The notes under the pieces were generated by a model that saw nothing but the letters and a program-made list of their open reading frames with translations, searched no databases and had not been told where the DNA came from. A program made the translations under genes and the position numbers. Positions 8,681-19,084 of a DNA stretch of 64,000 nucleotides are shown piece after piece (position 1 is the first letter of the stretch; every line of letters starts with the position of its first letter). The stretch comes from an uncultured bacterium (GTDB taxonomy: Bacteria; Oederibacteriota; Oederibacteriia; Oederibacteriales; Oederibacteriaceae). The stretch covers positions 2,688,001 to 2,752,000 of the forward strand of contig OZ218778.1 in the NCBI GenBank assembly GCA_965112635.1. Direction: 5' to 3'.

Positions 8681-10817
8681 TCAACCTCCGACTGTTTGAT
8701 TTTGCCACCCATTCTAAACTTTTAACCCTGAAAAAACCAAAATAATTTTTATCAAAGAAAGTTTCCAATAATATTCTCCCTTTGGAAAACTCTTTTCATT
8801 CCCCGTACACGCTCATGCGTGCGCACCTTGAGGGCGTGGGGAGGGAGACGGCTGAAGGCCAGAGGGATTTGACTGACAGGCTACCGGGGTTTAAATCCCC
8901 TAGCCCCTTTTATAAAGGGGGATCTTTTTTGGTATGGGGCCTAGTATAGAGTTTGGATTGCCGGGCTACAGCACCATGAAATTCGAACATATCAATATCT
9001 TTTTTCAGGGTCTGCTGGAGACGCTCAATGCAATACGACGAACTTCTTGGGACCGATCTTGGTGGAACCTAGATTGGCACCTTGATTGTTATAATTCAAT
9101 TGGACAATATACAGATAAACCCCTGTGACCAGGCTCTTGGTGTCTATGATACTTGACTGGGGGCCTTCCTGCTTATTCTCAAACACGGTTTCCACAAGCT
9201 GTGCCGCATCGTTATAAACCCTTATTTTGACGCTCCCAGGAGCCGCCATGGTGTAAACGATGGTGGCTGTATTTCCTGTAGCCGGCGATGGATAAATATA
9301 GGTTGTTCCGGACGATGGAAAGTAGGGAAATGGGGTTAGCGTTGGTGTCGGGGGAGCCAATGCAAACTTGGCAATAAATGTATTACCGAATATTGCTCCG
9401 TTATAAGGGGGTCCTGCAGGATGATAACCCTCGCCATTAATTGGCTGAAAGGCACCCCCCGTTGTGGGGAAATCTGTACTCCCAGTCTGCCCTGTCACAT
9501 ATGCGTTTCCGCTACTATCTAGGGTAATGCCATAGCCTATATCATACCCGCTGCCTCCCAGGTACGTGGAATATACTAGCGTGCTCCCGGTGCTGTTGAA
9601 CTCAGTCACAAACGCATCATAAATGCCTCCACCTAATGCTGCCTGATCAGCATTTGCTGTGGTAGGGAAACCATCGCCGGCAAATCCAGTGACAAACGCA
9701 TCTCCGCTGCTATCTACCGCAATGCCCAAGCCACAGGCATCACTGCCAAGATAGGAGGAATATACCAAAGCGCTCCCAGTATTGTTAATTTTGGTTACAA
9801 AAGCGTTGTCATTATAATAACTAACTCCCTCATAGGTTGCCTGATAGACACCTAGAGTTGTTGGAAAATTAGAGCTATCGGTAAAACCTGTGATATAGGC
9901 ATAACCGTTGCTGTCCACTGCAATGCCGAGGCCCTCATCTTGGCCATTGCCTCCAAGATAAGTGGAATAAATCAATGAGGTTCCAGTACTGTTGAGTTCG
10001 GTTACAAACGCATTTGAAGTACCTCCGCCATAGACTGCCTGAAAGGCACCTAAAGTTGTTTGGAAATTCGAGCTGTCGGTATCACCTGTAACATAGGCAT
10101 TGCCATTAATACCTATCGCAATGCCAAGTCCCTCACTTACATAGGTGCCCCCAAGATAAGTGGAATATATCAATCCGCTCCCGGTGCTGTTGAGCTTAGT
10201 CACAAAAATATTATTATTTCCGCCAGGGGCTATTTGAAAGGCTCCAGGCGTTGTGGGAAAACCTCCCATAGTCTCACCAGTCACATGGACATTCCCATTG
10301 GTGTCTACCGCTATGCCATAACCTACATCATTAGTATTACCACCTAGAAATGTGGAATATAATAACGCACTACCAGTACTATTGAGTTTAGTTACAAAAA
10401 CAGCTGCAGTGCCACTAAAGGTTGTCTGATAGGCACCTAGAGTTGTGGGGAAATTATTACTTCCGGTACTCCCTGTCACATAGGCGTTTCCGTTACTATC
10501 CACAACTACGCTATCGCCACCAGCAGAAGCATTGCCTCCAAGATAGGTAGAATATAAAAGCGCACTCCCAGTGCTGTTAAGCTTACTCACAAAAGCATTA
10601 AAACCGCTGCCTAAGGTTGTCTGATAGGTGCCCCCCGTTGTGGGAAAATTTGTACTCTGAGTTCCCCCCGCCACAAACGCATTTCCGCTGCTATCTACAA
10701 CTATGCTATTGCCATAATCCCCCCCACTTCCCCCAAGATACGTGGAATAAACCAACACGGGATCTACAACCAAATCTTTTGTTCTGTCATAGTTCCCCAT
10801 CTCAAACCCAACCTGAT

Positions 10818-12252
10818 GGTTGTGTACCATTCCTGGGTGTAACTTCAACGAGGGGAAAGGCAAGGTTAGATTGCAGCAATCTAACCTTGCGGCCCCAAAA
10901 ATAAGTCCACGGGCGTAGACTAGGTGATTGCTTAGGTCACCAAACCCAAAATAAAAGGAGGTCTACACCCGTGAAGTCATTATCCCAAAGAATTGAGATT
11001 TATACGAATCAGAAAATCAGAGAAAAAGTCAGAAAGATCGCACAGCCCGGTGTCGCTCTGGAAGTAATTGGCCAGGAGGTCAATGCCATCATTGCCCAGG
11101 CTTTAGATATTCAACTGGAGGCTGAAAGGGACGAGTTTTTGGGCCGTCAGCCTTATGAACGCCTTGAAAACAGCCCTAAAAGAAACGGTTTTAAATCCAC
11201 CTCTGTCCCCGGCTTTTTTGGCAGACTTTTTCTGCACAAACCAGCTCTACGCCAGGGGTCCCTTCACTCGCCCTTGCTTACCGCCCTCAAACAAGCTGGA
11301 AAAGGCCTGGCTTCCTTCCTCGCCATCCGCTTCTGGCTCAAAGGCGCTGCCACTCGCTCTACCGCCGCTGAGATAAATGCCGCTTTGGGCACAAAGCTCT
11401 CTCACTCCACCGTCTCCACTCTCACCAACGCCTTGGAGCCAGCCATCCGTCAGTGGATGAATCGTCCCATTCCTCCCAACATCACCTACCTGCTCCTGGA
11501 CGCCGCCTACCTGCCTGTCAGAAGACCTGGTTTTACCTCCAAACAAGCTCTATTGCTCGCCCTAGGCATGGATTCCTTTGGCAATCGCCATGTCCTGGGT
11601 TTCCTTCTCGGCGATAGAGAGTCCTTGGACTCCTGGCAGGCTTTTATCAATGACCTCCTCAAAAGAGGCCTTAACCGCAACACCCTCAGGCTCGTCATCT
11701 CCGATGAACACAAGGCCATTGAGCAGGCCGTCAAAAACCTCCTGGCTGTCCCTCACCAGCTCTGCCTGGTCCACAAGATCCGAAACCTCAGAGCCATTAT
11801 GCCTCGCCGTGACTGGGGTGCCTTCCTTAACGATTTCAAAGCTATCTATTGGGCCGATTCCCGCAAACTGGCTCTCCAGGCCTTTGGCCGCCTCCAAGCT
11901 CGCTGGATGAAACTCTATCCTAGAGCTACGGCTATGGCTCTCGATAGGTTCGACAACCTCACCACCTTCATGAACGAACCCCAGCATGTCTGGCGCACTC
12001 TCCGCTCCAGCAATCTCATCGAACGCTTTATCGCCGAGATCAAACGGCGCACCCGTGCTGCCGGCACCATGCACTCCGAATTGGAGGTCGCTAAGATCGT
12101 CTGGTCTGTTTCTACCACTCAGGAAGATAATTGGTCTAAAAGAAAACTCTGGAAATCTCAAGGAGGTGATCTGGTTCAGGAAGGCTTGCTAAATGTTGCT
12201 TAACCTACTACCCGTGGACTTAACAACTTACACCCGAAAACTTGACATAATC
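10818..12252 (+). mobile_element. IS256-family insertion sequence
   Basis: 9-bp TSD CAACCTGAT (10809-10817, 12253-12261); imperfect 25-bp terminal IRs GGTTGTGTACCATTCCTGGGTGTAA / GATTATGTCAAGTTTTCGGGTGTAA (16/25 identical). Confidence 0.93.
10971..12203 (+). CDS. IS256 family transposase
   Basis: RNGF, YLLLDA, VISDEH, QLCLVH, RSSNLIERFIAEIKRR (DDE, Mutator-type). Confidence 0.93.
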   Translation: MKSLSQRIEIYTNQKIREKVRKIAQPGVALEVIGQEVNAIIAQALDIQLEAERDEFLGRQPYERLENSPKRNGFKSTSVPGFFGRLFLHKPALRQGSLHSPLLTALKQAGKGLASFLAIRFWLKGAATRSTAAEINAALGTKLSHSTVSTLTNALEPAIRQWMNRPIPPNITYLLLDAAYLPVRRPGFTSKQALLLALGMDSFGNRHVLGFLLGDRESLDSWQAFINDLLKRGLNRNTLRLVISDEHKAIEQAVKNLLAVPHQLCLVHKIRNLRAIMPRRDWGAFLNDFKAIYWADSRKLALQAFGRLQARWMKLYPRATAMALDRFDNLTTFMNEPQHVWRTLRSSNLIERFIAEIKRRTRAAGTMHSELEVAKIVWSVSTTQEDNWSKRKLWKSQGGDLVQEGLLNVA

Positions 12253-13031
12253 CAACCTGATTTTCTCCCTCCAAAACATATCCGCTCGCAATGTTTGTTT
12301 TGACCCCGCCAATCTCCTGATATATATCCGGCTTCTTGAATACTATCTGGCTCTTACTGGTTTTGATGATAAGGTTTCCGTTTTGATCTATGCTCAGGCC
12401 TTCCGCTCCGGTAAAACTGAACTGGATATTTTTTGGGTCGGCTCCGGACTTGACCACAAAATCATGCTCCACCTGGCGTTGGTTGCCGTAATACACCAGG
12501 TCAATGCCTGGATAAACCTCATGTAATTTTACTTTGGCATAATTGGGTATGTCCGTGTGCCACTTGCTGGGATCATTGCCTATAAAATAATTACTCCTAC
12601 CTTCCAGCTGGTCTAGGAGCTCGGTCTGGCCGCTCTCATTCCCTCCTACCAGCTTGACCCGCAAAACCTCAGCCTCTCCCGGCTCAGGTTTTTGGAATTT
12701 CTTCATCATGTCTTTTTTATCTTTCTTGCTTTCGGCCTTGCGATGCCTCAGCACCAGCACCATCTCAGAATGTTTAAGGAACAAGCTGTACCCGGCTCCC
12801 CGGCAGATGAACTTTGCCTGCGGGTCGGTCTGGCCGACATTGGGCTCAAATATCAGGGGTAGATTGCCGTAGGTATTTATGAGCCTGGATTGTTGTGCTT
12901 GCAGATATACTGGCAGGAGGAACAGGGCAAACAAGAGAAGAAATGAGGTTCTTTTCATCTTATCCTTCTCCAAAATACGGATAATTTTAAAGCAAACCTT
13001 TACCGGCGGTCTATTGAGTTATCCGGCCAGT

Positions 13032-13247
13032 TCATTTGTTGTTTTTGCCATATTTAGGAGAGGGCTCGCGCACACTCATACCAGCCTGATCAGCCGGGAG
13101 CCAAACTGCCTTCCCATTTTTCCAGACAGCCAAGGGCATCCCGCTTGCCTGATGCTCCTTGACCACCCCGGCTACTGCTTCCTTGAGTGCCTTCTCGGCT
13201 TTTTGCGTAATGGCCGAAATACGGGGTTGTTTTATTTTTTTATTCAT
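13032..13247 (-). CDS. Small hypothetical protein coupled to the upstream ATPase
   Basis: 4-nt ATGA overlap, GGAG RBS; AVxxHxxxGxPxxVWxNGK pattern typical of partners of zeta-like ATPases. Confidence 0.7.
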   Translation of the reverse strand: MNKKIKQPRISAITQKAEKALKEAVAGVVKEHQASGMPLAVWKNGKAVWLPADQAGMSVREPSPKYGKNNK

Positions 13248-13825
13248 TGCTTATCTCCTTGAACGCAGATTTTACTGTAAGTATCGGCGTCTATGATTAT
13301 ACTCTCTAAGCCTTTCCATGTTGCCACCAGCCGCGGCCTAGAGCTGGAATTATCAAACAGGTCGACCACATCACAAAGTTCCCTGTAAACATGGAACAAA
13401 TTATAGAGCCCCTTTCTGAACCTGCGGCGGACATCAGGAGCTGGAACACTATGCCCGCCCCGGCGAACACGGTCCGCGACTCGCCGCAACGCGAGTTCAA
13501 CGCTGGGAAGCCACAAAAAAATCATGTGTACCTTGTAACCCTGGCTGCGCAGGCGCTTGATCAGGGTTATATAGGTTCGCCCTGAAAGAGTGGTCTCAAA
13601 AGCAAAATCAATATGCTTTTCCGCGAACTCATGCAGCCGTCGAAGGAACACGCGTCCCGCTTCCAGAGCCCCGGCCGAGGGCTGGAGGGGCGACAAACCC
13701 GAAGCGATCAAATCCGCGTTAATAAAATGAACTGTGGCTACTTGCGGTAAAAATCTTAACGCAAATGTCGTTTTACCCGCTCCATTGGGACCGGCAATAA
13801 TGTATAGAGACGGACTTTTTTTCAT
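13244..13825 (-). CDS. Zeta-toxin-like / COG4185 P-loop ATPase
   Basis: YIIAGPNGAGKTT Walker A, FINADLIA, FAFETTLSG, RVRRGGHSVP. Confidence 0.88.
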   Translation of the reverse strand: MKKSPSLYIIAGPNGAGKTTFALRFLPQVATVHFINADLIASGLSPLQPSAGALEAGRVFLRRLHEFAEKHIDFAFETTLSGRTYITLIKRLRSQGYKVHMIFLWLPSVELALRRVADRVRRGGHSVPAPDVRRRFRKGLYNLFHVYRELCDVVDLFDNSSSRPRLVATWKGLESIIIDADTYSKICVQGDKQ

Positions 13826-13843
13826 GACAAATGCTTCCCTTTC

Positions 13844-14101
13844 TCAGCGGATGACTTTGACGGTTCGTTTTTCCTTACTGCACTTTGCGACAGGAGTTTT
13901 CAGCCCCTTGCGAACAGACTCCCTCATCCCGGGAATAGAAAGCAGGTAAAGAGTTTCCTGGATGGCTCTCCAATCCTCGCCGGAGATGAGGACCGCGCTG
14001 CCTTTTTTACCTGTTATTTGGACGGGGTCATGTTCCCTGCCGGTTCTTTCCAGCAGTTTAAAAAAATCGGCCCTTGCCTTGCTAGCCGTTAAAGTGGTCA
14101 T
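13844..14101 (-). CDS. Phd/YefM family antitoxin
   Basis: TLTASKARADFFKLL...PVQITGKKGSAVLISGEDWRAIQETLYLLSIPGMRES; start taken at ATG 14101. Confidence 0.9.
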   Translation of the reverse strand: MTTLTASKARADFFKLLERTGREHDPVQITGKKGSAVLISGEDWRAIQETLYLLSIPGMRESVRKGLKTPVAKCSKEKRTVKVIR

Positions 14102-14219
14102 ATTTTCCCTTCTGAGATTAGCGTCCCATATATCATATTGTACCACTCGTCAAATCCGGGTCAGGAGTTAAGCTTTCCATAGGTGACCCGGTGTTTTTTA
14201 AACTCCGGCCCGACGATTT

Positions 14220-16796
14220 TCACCGTCCCGCCAGGTCTGTCGCGCCTACGCTGGTAGGGACGGTCAGTTTGACCAAGCAGTTTTGGCTAGCGTTGGACCT
14301 GACCTGGTCCACATATCCCACCTCAATGGTCTCGCCTTCATAAACGGGAAGTTTACCGCTCACAGGTTCGCCCAGGGCCAGGGTGGTCGGGATGGCTCCC
14401 TCGAAAACCCCGGTATCGTTGCCGGTCTCCTCCAACACAGCGGCCTGCTCCGCTCCGCTGGCTGTCCTGACCAGGACGCTGACCTTGTCCTTTTGGTTCG
14501 GCGACAGGTTCATATCCGGGTCAATCACCTGGATCTTGAGCGGTTCACCTATGGTGAGACTGCGGCTTGGGCCAGTGCTCTGCCCAGGCGAGAGCTCCGA
14601 GGTTAATTTGGCCACGACGCTGACCTTGGCGTCAGAACCGGACAGCATCACATCCCCCCAGGTGTCCGGCCTCATACTGGTGCGGACATCCGAGTTCCCC
14701 GCCCAGTAAAACTCCAGCGGGTTGCCCAAAAGCACGTCTATGTTGAACCCCATGATGCGTCCGGGCTGCAGGTTCAGTTTTTGGATCCGCTCAGCCGGGA
14801 TAAACGCTTCCATGGACCAGCCCTTGGAGGTCTGTTTGGCTGACCGCTGTATTTCCCCGGATCCAAAAGCCTGATAATAACTCTGTTCGTTTTTATTAAC
14901 GAGATGGACAACGGCCTCTCCGCCCGCCTGGCCAGGAGCGCCCGCCCCGCCAAAAGGCCACACCCAGAACTGCTGGACCCCAGCGCTACCCCGCTGCTTT
15001 TCCTTGAGGTTTTGGCTGTCGAACCATATCTCCGCGCAGTCAGACTCCCAAAAATTGTCCGGATGGGCTTTGTCGATAGCTTTGTCCGGGTCCGTGACAT
15101 CAAAGGCGAAATAAAACCCTTTATTGTTCCAGGCCGCCTTGACCGACTGGTGGATGGCCGGGTAAGGGTTGCGGGCGGAGCCGTCTATCCAGTCCTTTTC
15201 CATAGGCAGTTCGGGAATATCCTTCCACTCGCTCAAATCCCCGTCTAATTTGATGGGCTTATTCAAATAAGGAATAAAGGTGAACCGGATGGTCTTGAAA
15301 TTAGGCTGATAGGGCGGCTTTTCTTCAACAATTTCCACGGGAGCCCCGGCATTTTCTTCTGGAATAACCATGATATTGGAACGCGCCAGGTTCATGGCCG
15401 CGGAAGCCCGTGAAACCGCCCCTGAGCTGGAAATACGCACCCAGTTATCTCCCTGGACAGGGTTCTTGGAACGCCCCTGCAGCGCCTTGGTCAGCTCATC
15501 ATACTGGTCCTGGTTGAAATACCCGACGAATCTCAGCGCGCGATGGAGCTGGCCGCCGTTCAAAGCCTGTTCCCTGAGGTTGGCATATCCTCCCAATGGA
15601 GCACTTCCGCCGGATGGGATTCCCTGGCCTTCTTTACCCTTGGCCGTCAATGCTCTCAGCCGGGCCAGGAGTTCGTTGGCTCCTCCCTGTCCCTGCTCGT
15701 CGCCTTGTCCTGTGCCGCAATTCCCCGAGTCAACGCCACCTTGGCCATGCCCGCTGCCTTTACCATGGCTTCCCGGTTGCCCGTTGGCCTGCTCCTCGCC
15801 AGAACCCTCTTCTCCGGGTTCTCCGGGTTGGCCGGCGCCGGAACCTTTACCATGGTGTTTGCCTGAGCCTTTGCCCAAACCATGAGGCCCTCCCGGTCCT
15901 GTTCCCGGCTCGCTGTTTTCCCAATCGTCAATGAACTGGCCCACCAAATGGTCGTAATACTCGCCCGATGGCCCCTGGCTTCCCTTGCCTTTCGCCTTCC
16001 CTGTCCCCAGGCTTTTTTTGTCCCCGGCAACCCGCGAGGGGTCAGGATTGCCTTTGCCAGTCTGGCCAGCCTGCCCCGGAACCTCATCCTGGAACGCCTC
16101 TTTCAGGCTGGCCTCCATCTGGGCAACGGCTTTGGGGTCATAAAAATAGTTTTGGTTAAGCGACTTCTTAAACTCCGCCTCCAGCCTGCTCTCCATAGCC
16201 CTGGCTTCGTGCTCCTGGAAATATTCCCGGAAAGCTTCTTCCATTGAGCTTTTTTCCTGGCTGCCTTTTTCCTGCACAGCCCGGTCCACCGCCTGTTTCT
16301 CCTCCTGACGGTAGTTCTCTTGTGCCGGGCGAACGACCTTTTTCTTTATTTGCTCCAGGTACTTCTCCGTGACCTGCTGGCTGGCCCAGTCATGCACCTC
16401 TCGTGCCAGCTCGGCGACCATTTTTTTATCCAGGTCGGCCAACTCGGCCTTGAGCTGGCTGTCTTTGGCCTCCGGGTCTGCCAAAGCCTGGCTGTAATGG
16501 CTGAGGTTCTCGTCCATGTCCTGCACGACTTTTTGCCACACTTGGTCGGCATCCGCTTTGGACAGGTTTTTCTGCACCAGCCGGTTAAATTCCTTACGCA
16601 GCTCTCCCGTCACTTTGGCTTTGGTGGCCGCCAAACTCTGTTTTTGGGCGTATTGAACAATGCCCTGTTTGACCGGTTCGGAAAAGCCAACTAATAATAG
16701 AAAACACGCGTGCAATCCAAAAGAAATGGCCAGAAAAAGGACAAAAGGTGAGGAGGACCTGGAGCTTTTATATAAGGAAGGGTTGCTTTTATCCAT
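14220..16796 (-). CDS. Membrane-anchored protein: TonB-like N-terminal TM helix, coiled coil, Gly-rich linker, CBM9-like sugar-binding domain, C-terminal Ig-like domain
   Basis: FLAISFGLHACFLLLV (SxxxH anchor); PIKLDGDLSEW, AAWNNKGFYFAFDVTD, WESDCAEIWFD, GWSMEAFIP (CBM9/DOMON-like); LEETGNDTGVFEGAI; start ATG 16796. Confidence 0.75.
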   Translation of the reverse strand: MDKSNPSLYKSSRSSSPFVLFLAISFGLHACFLLLVGFSEPVKQGIVQYAQKQSLAATKAKVTGELRKEFNRLVQKNLSKADADQVWQKVVQDMDENLSHYSQALADPEAKDSQLKAELADLDKKMVAELAREVHDWASQQVTEKYLEQIKKKVVRPAQENYRQEEKQAVDRAVQEKGSQEKSSMEEAFREYFQEHEARAMESRLEAEFKKSLNQNYFYDPKAVAQMEASLKEAFQDEVPGQAGQTGKGNPDPSRVAGDKKSLGTGKAKGKGSQGPSGEYYDHLVGQFIDDWENSEPGTGPGGPHGLGKGSGKHHGKGSGAGQPGEPGEEGSGEEQANGQPGSHGKGSGHGQGGVDSGNCGTGQGDEQGQGGANELLARLRALTAKGKEGQGIPSGGSAPLGGYANLREQALNGGQLHRALRFVGYFNQDQYDELTKALQGRSKNPVQGDNWVRISSSGAVSRASAAMNLARSNIMVIPEENAGAPVEIVEEKPPYQPNFKTIRFTFIPYLNKPIKLDGDLSEWKDIPELPMEKDWIDGSARNPYPAIHQSVKAAWNNKGFYFAFDVTDPDKAIDKAHPDNFWESDCAEIWFDSQNLKEKQRGSAGVQQFWVWPFGGAGAPGQAGGEAVVHLVNKNEQSYYQAFGSGEIQRSAKQTSKGWSMEAFIPAERIQKLNLQPGRIMGFNIDVLLGNPLEFYWAGNSDVRTSMRPDTWGDVMLSGSDAKVSVVAKLTSELSPGQSTGPSRSLTIGEPLKIQVIDPDMNLSPNQKDKVSVLVRTASGAEQAAVLEETGNDTGVFEGAIPTTLALGEPVSGKLPVYEGETIEVGYVDQVRSNASQNCLVKLTVPTSVGATDLAGR

Positions 16797-16807
16797 AGGT
16801 GGCTGCG

Positions 16808-17260
16808 CTACTGCGGTTGGACCGCGAAAAAAACCTGCCTGATGCCGGCTGTGCGGATAGCGTTCCACACCTGGATAATGCGCTCATACTGCGCCTGCTT
16901 ATCCCCCTCCAGCACCACCACCGGCTCCTTGTTGAGCTTGGCACACGCCTGCCGGTAAAGGTCCAGGTCCTGTACCAGCTGGTTGAGCGAAACATAGCGG
17001 TCCGTGTGCTTGTCATCAACTCCCCTGGCCACGATATCCTTGGCCGTGACCAGAATCTTCCGGGTGCCCTGCAAAGGTATGGTCTGGGGAGCGCTGGCCT
17101 GGGGAAGGGACACATGGTAAACCGTGGCCTGGTTGACGAGTTTTTCGGGCTGTTTGAGGGTGGTAGCGATCAGAAAAAAGACCAGCAGTAAAAAAGCGCA
17201 GTCGATCATAGGGATGATCGGCAGTTCTATGACTTCCTCGTCCTCAAGGTTTATCTTCAT
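16808..17260 (-). CDS. exbD: ExbD/TolR family biopolymer transport protein
   Basis: PIIPMIDCAFLLLVFFLIAT with conserved TM Asp; VVLEGDKQAQYERII. Confidence 0.88.
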   Translation of the reverse strand: MKINLEDEEVIELPIIPMIDCAFLLLVFFLIATTLKQPEKLVNQATVYHVSLPQASAPQTIPLQGTRKILVTAKDIVARGVDDKHTDRYVSLNQLVQDLDLYRQACAKLNKEPVVVLEGDKQAQYERIIQVWNAIRTAGIRQVFFAVQPQ

Positions 17261-18005
17261 CGTAGCTTTCCTGTATCAGGAACCAGCCGTGCTGGAGGGT
17301 TTCCACTTCCTCTTCCAGTTGGTGGGCCAGGCTTATGCCCCTGAGCTTGAGGTAATGGTAGACGGCCAGGCATGGCACGGCAATAAAAAGCCCGGTGCCC
17401 GTGCACACGAGGAACTTGGAGATGCCGCCGGCTAAGAGCGAAGCGTTGCCCAGGGCTCCGGCCTCGGACACCAGGGCAAAGGTCTGCATCATGCCCAGGA
17501 CCGTGCCCAAAAGACCCAGCAAGGGCTCCAGCGTCCCGATGACCGCCAGGGGGTAGGCTTTTTGGATATGCAGTTTCATCTCCCGGGAGGCGATGTCATT
17601 GGCACTGCTGGACAGCTGGTTAAAGGAATTTTTCCTGTGGACGACAATGAACCGGATGACCCTGGCCAGGGTGCTCGGCTGGCTCTGGCAGAGCTTGAGG
17701 ATGTCCTCGTATTTCTTCTTTTTCCAGAGGCTGTCGGCCTGGCTCGCCAATCCGCTGGGAACGATGTTCTTTTGGCGCAGCCGGATGAACCGCTCTATAG
17801 CATAGGCTCCCGCCACAACGGACAGGAGGAGCTGGACCAATACAGTCCAGCCGCCCTGGGCTAACTTTCCCGGCAGGGCCATCAAGCCGTGCGATACGGA
17901 TGGATTGGGAGGCATTACCGTCCCACCCTGGGCCAGGACTACCACGGCTCCCCAGCCAGCCAGGACGAATGCTGCCAGGAAAATGGATCTATATTTTGTT
18001 CTCAT
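17244..18005 (-). CDS. exbB: MotA/TolQ/ExbB proton channel protein
   Basis: LAVIGTLEPLLGLLGTVLGMMQTF, LAGGISKFLVCTGTGLFIAVP. Confidence 0.9.
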   Translation of the reverse strand: MRTKYRSIFLAAFVLAGWGAVVVLAQGGTVMPPNPSVSHGLMALPGKLAQGGWTVLVQLLLSVVAGAYAIERFIRLRQKNIVPSGLASQADSLWKKKKYEDILKLCQSQPSTLARVIRFIVVHRKNSFNQLSSSANDIASREMKLHIQKAYPLAVIGTLEPLLGLLGTVLGMMQTFALVSEAGALGNASLLAGGISKFLVCTGTGLFIAVPCLAVYHYLKLRGISLAHQLEEEVETLQHGWFLIQESYDEDKP

Positions 18006-18106
18006 AATCTCCTACTCTTGTTTTGGAAAAGTGTCCGAAAAACATATTGTATCACGCCATTAGTCAATCTAGGGGTAAGGGGTCGAATGACCTTTTTAGC
18101 AGCCTT

Positions 18107-19084
18107 TTAAAACCCAAAAGCCAGAGAAATACGGTGTTCAGGGCCCAAACCCTGCAAAGCGGTAAGCTGGTAATCGTAGGCATAATCGAGTTTGACGCTG
18201 AAGCTTGGTTCAACGTCTTTAAGCCCGAATCCCATGGTCCAGCTGGGGCCGTCCGGCCTGCCCAGATAGCCCGCCCGTAAAGCCAGGATATTTTGCAACC
18301 AATACTCGGCCCCCCCATCCGGATACAGGGTTGAATCTATCGCGTACACCCCGTCCACGGCAAGCGTCAATTGGCTCCCGTTATTCGGGTCTTTATAGGG
18401 CGTATAGCCCAGGCCGACCCTGGCCGTCAGGGGAAGGTCCTCGGTATCAGCCGTGGCGCTGTCGAACTGCATGCCCGGCCCCACGTTTTGCACGGCCAGG
18501 CCCAGTCGCAGGCCCTCGACAACCGGGACCGGCGCCATCAGACCGGCGTTTCCGCAGAACCCCATACTGGTGTACTCGTTGATCTTTCTGTAGATGAAGG
18601 TGGCGGCCACCCCCGCACTCAAACCCCCTGATATTTTCCTGGCAAAACCAAGGCTGGCCGCCAGGTCGTACATATTGATATTGGCCCCCGTGTAATTGCC
18701 CAGGTCGTCGTTGACCTCGATCGGGGGCAGCCACAGGGTGTTCACGGAGCCCGCCAGGGTGCCCAAACCCTCGACGGGTTGGCTGTAGGCCAAATAATCC
18801 ACGTACTGCGACTGCCAGACGATCTGGTGCATGAGGTCGATCTCCGTCTGCTGGAGGGTTGCCAGCCCGGCCGGGTTCCAATACAAAGCCGTTGCGTCGT
18901 CGGCCACGGCGGTGAACGCTTCTCCCATAGCCTCGGCTTTGGCCCCGACACCGTTCTTAAGGAACGGCGCCGCCGTCGTGCCCAAACTGTCGGCAAAAGC
19001 AGCCGGCCAGGCGCCGGATAAACATAAAACCGTTAGGACGAGGACGGCAAATCCCGGGTTTTTAACAACATTCTTCATGGTCAT
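18107..19084 (-). CDS. PorV/PorQ (UPF0164) family outer-membrane beta-barrel
   Basis: GTTAAPFLKNGVGAKAEAMGEAFTAVADDATALYWNPAGLA; C-terminal HRISLAFGF. Confidence 0.88.
   Translation of the reverse strand: MTMKNVVKNPGFAVLVLTVLCLSGAWPAAFADSLGTTAAPFLKNGVGAKAEAMGEAFTAVADDATALYWNPAGLATLQQTEIDLMHQIVWQSQYVDYLAYSQPVEGLGTLAGSVNTLWLPPIEVNDDLGNYTGANINMYDLAASLGFARKISGGLSAGVAATFIYRKINEYTSMGFCGNAGLMAPVPVVEGLRLGLAVQNVGPGMQFDSATADTEDLPLTARVGLGYTPYKDPNNGSQLTLAVDGVYAIDSTLYPDGGAEYWLQNILALRAGYLGRPDGPSWTMGFGLKDVEPSFSVKLDYAYDYQLTALQGLGPEHRISLAFGF

Larger units (their letters stand above)
9025..12958 (-). pseudogene. SBBP-repeat (beta-propeller) secreted protein with T9SS-type C-terminal domain, interrupted by IS256
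   Basis: The N-part (12253-12958: signal peptide, LPLIFEPNVGQ, SNYFIGNDPSKW, VYPGIDLVYYG) and C-part (9025-10817: DPVLVYSTYLGG, GNAYVTG repeats) join in frame as ...GENQVGFEMGNYD when the IS and one TSD are removed. Confidence 0.92.
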
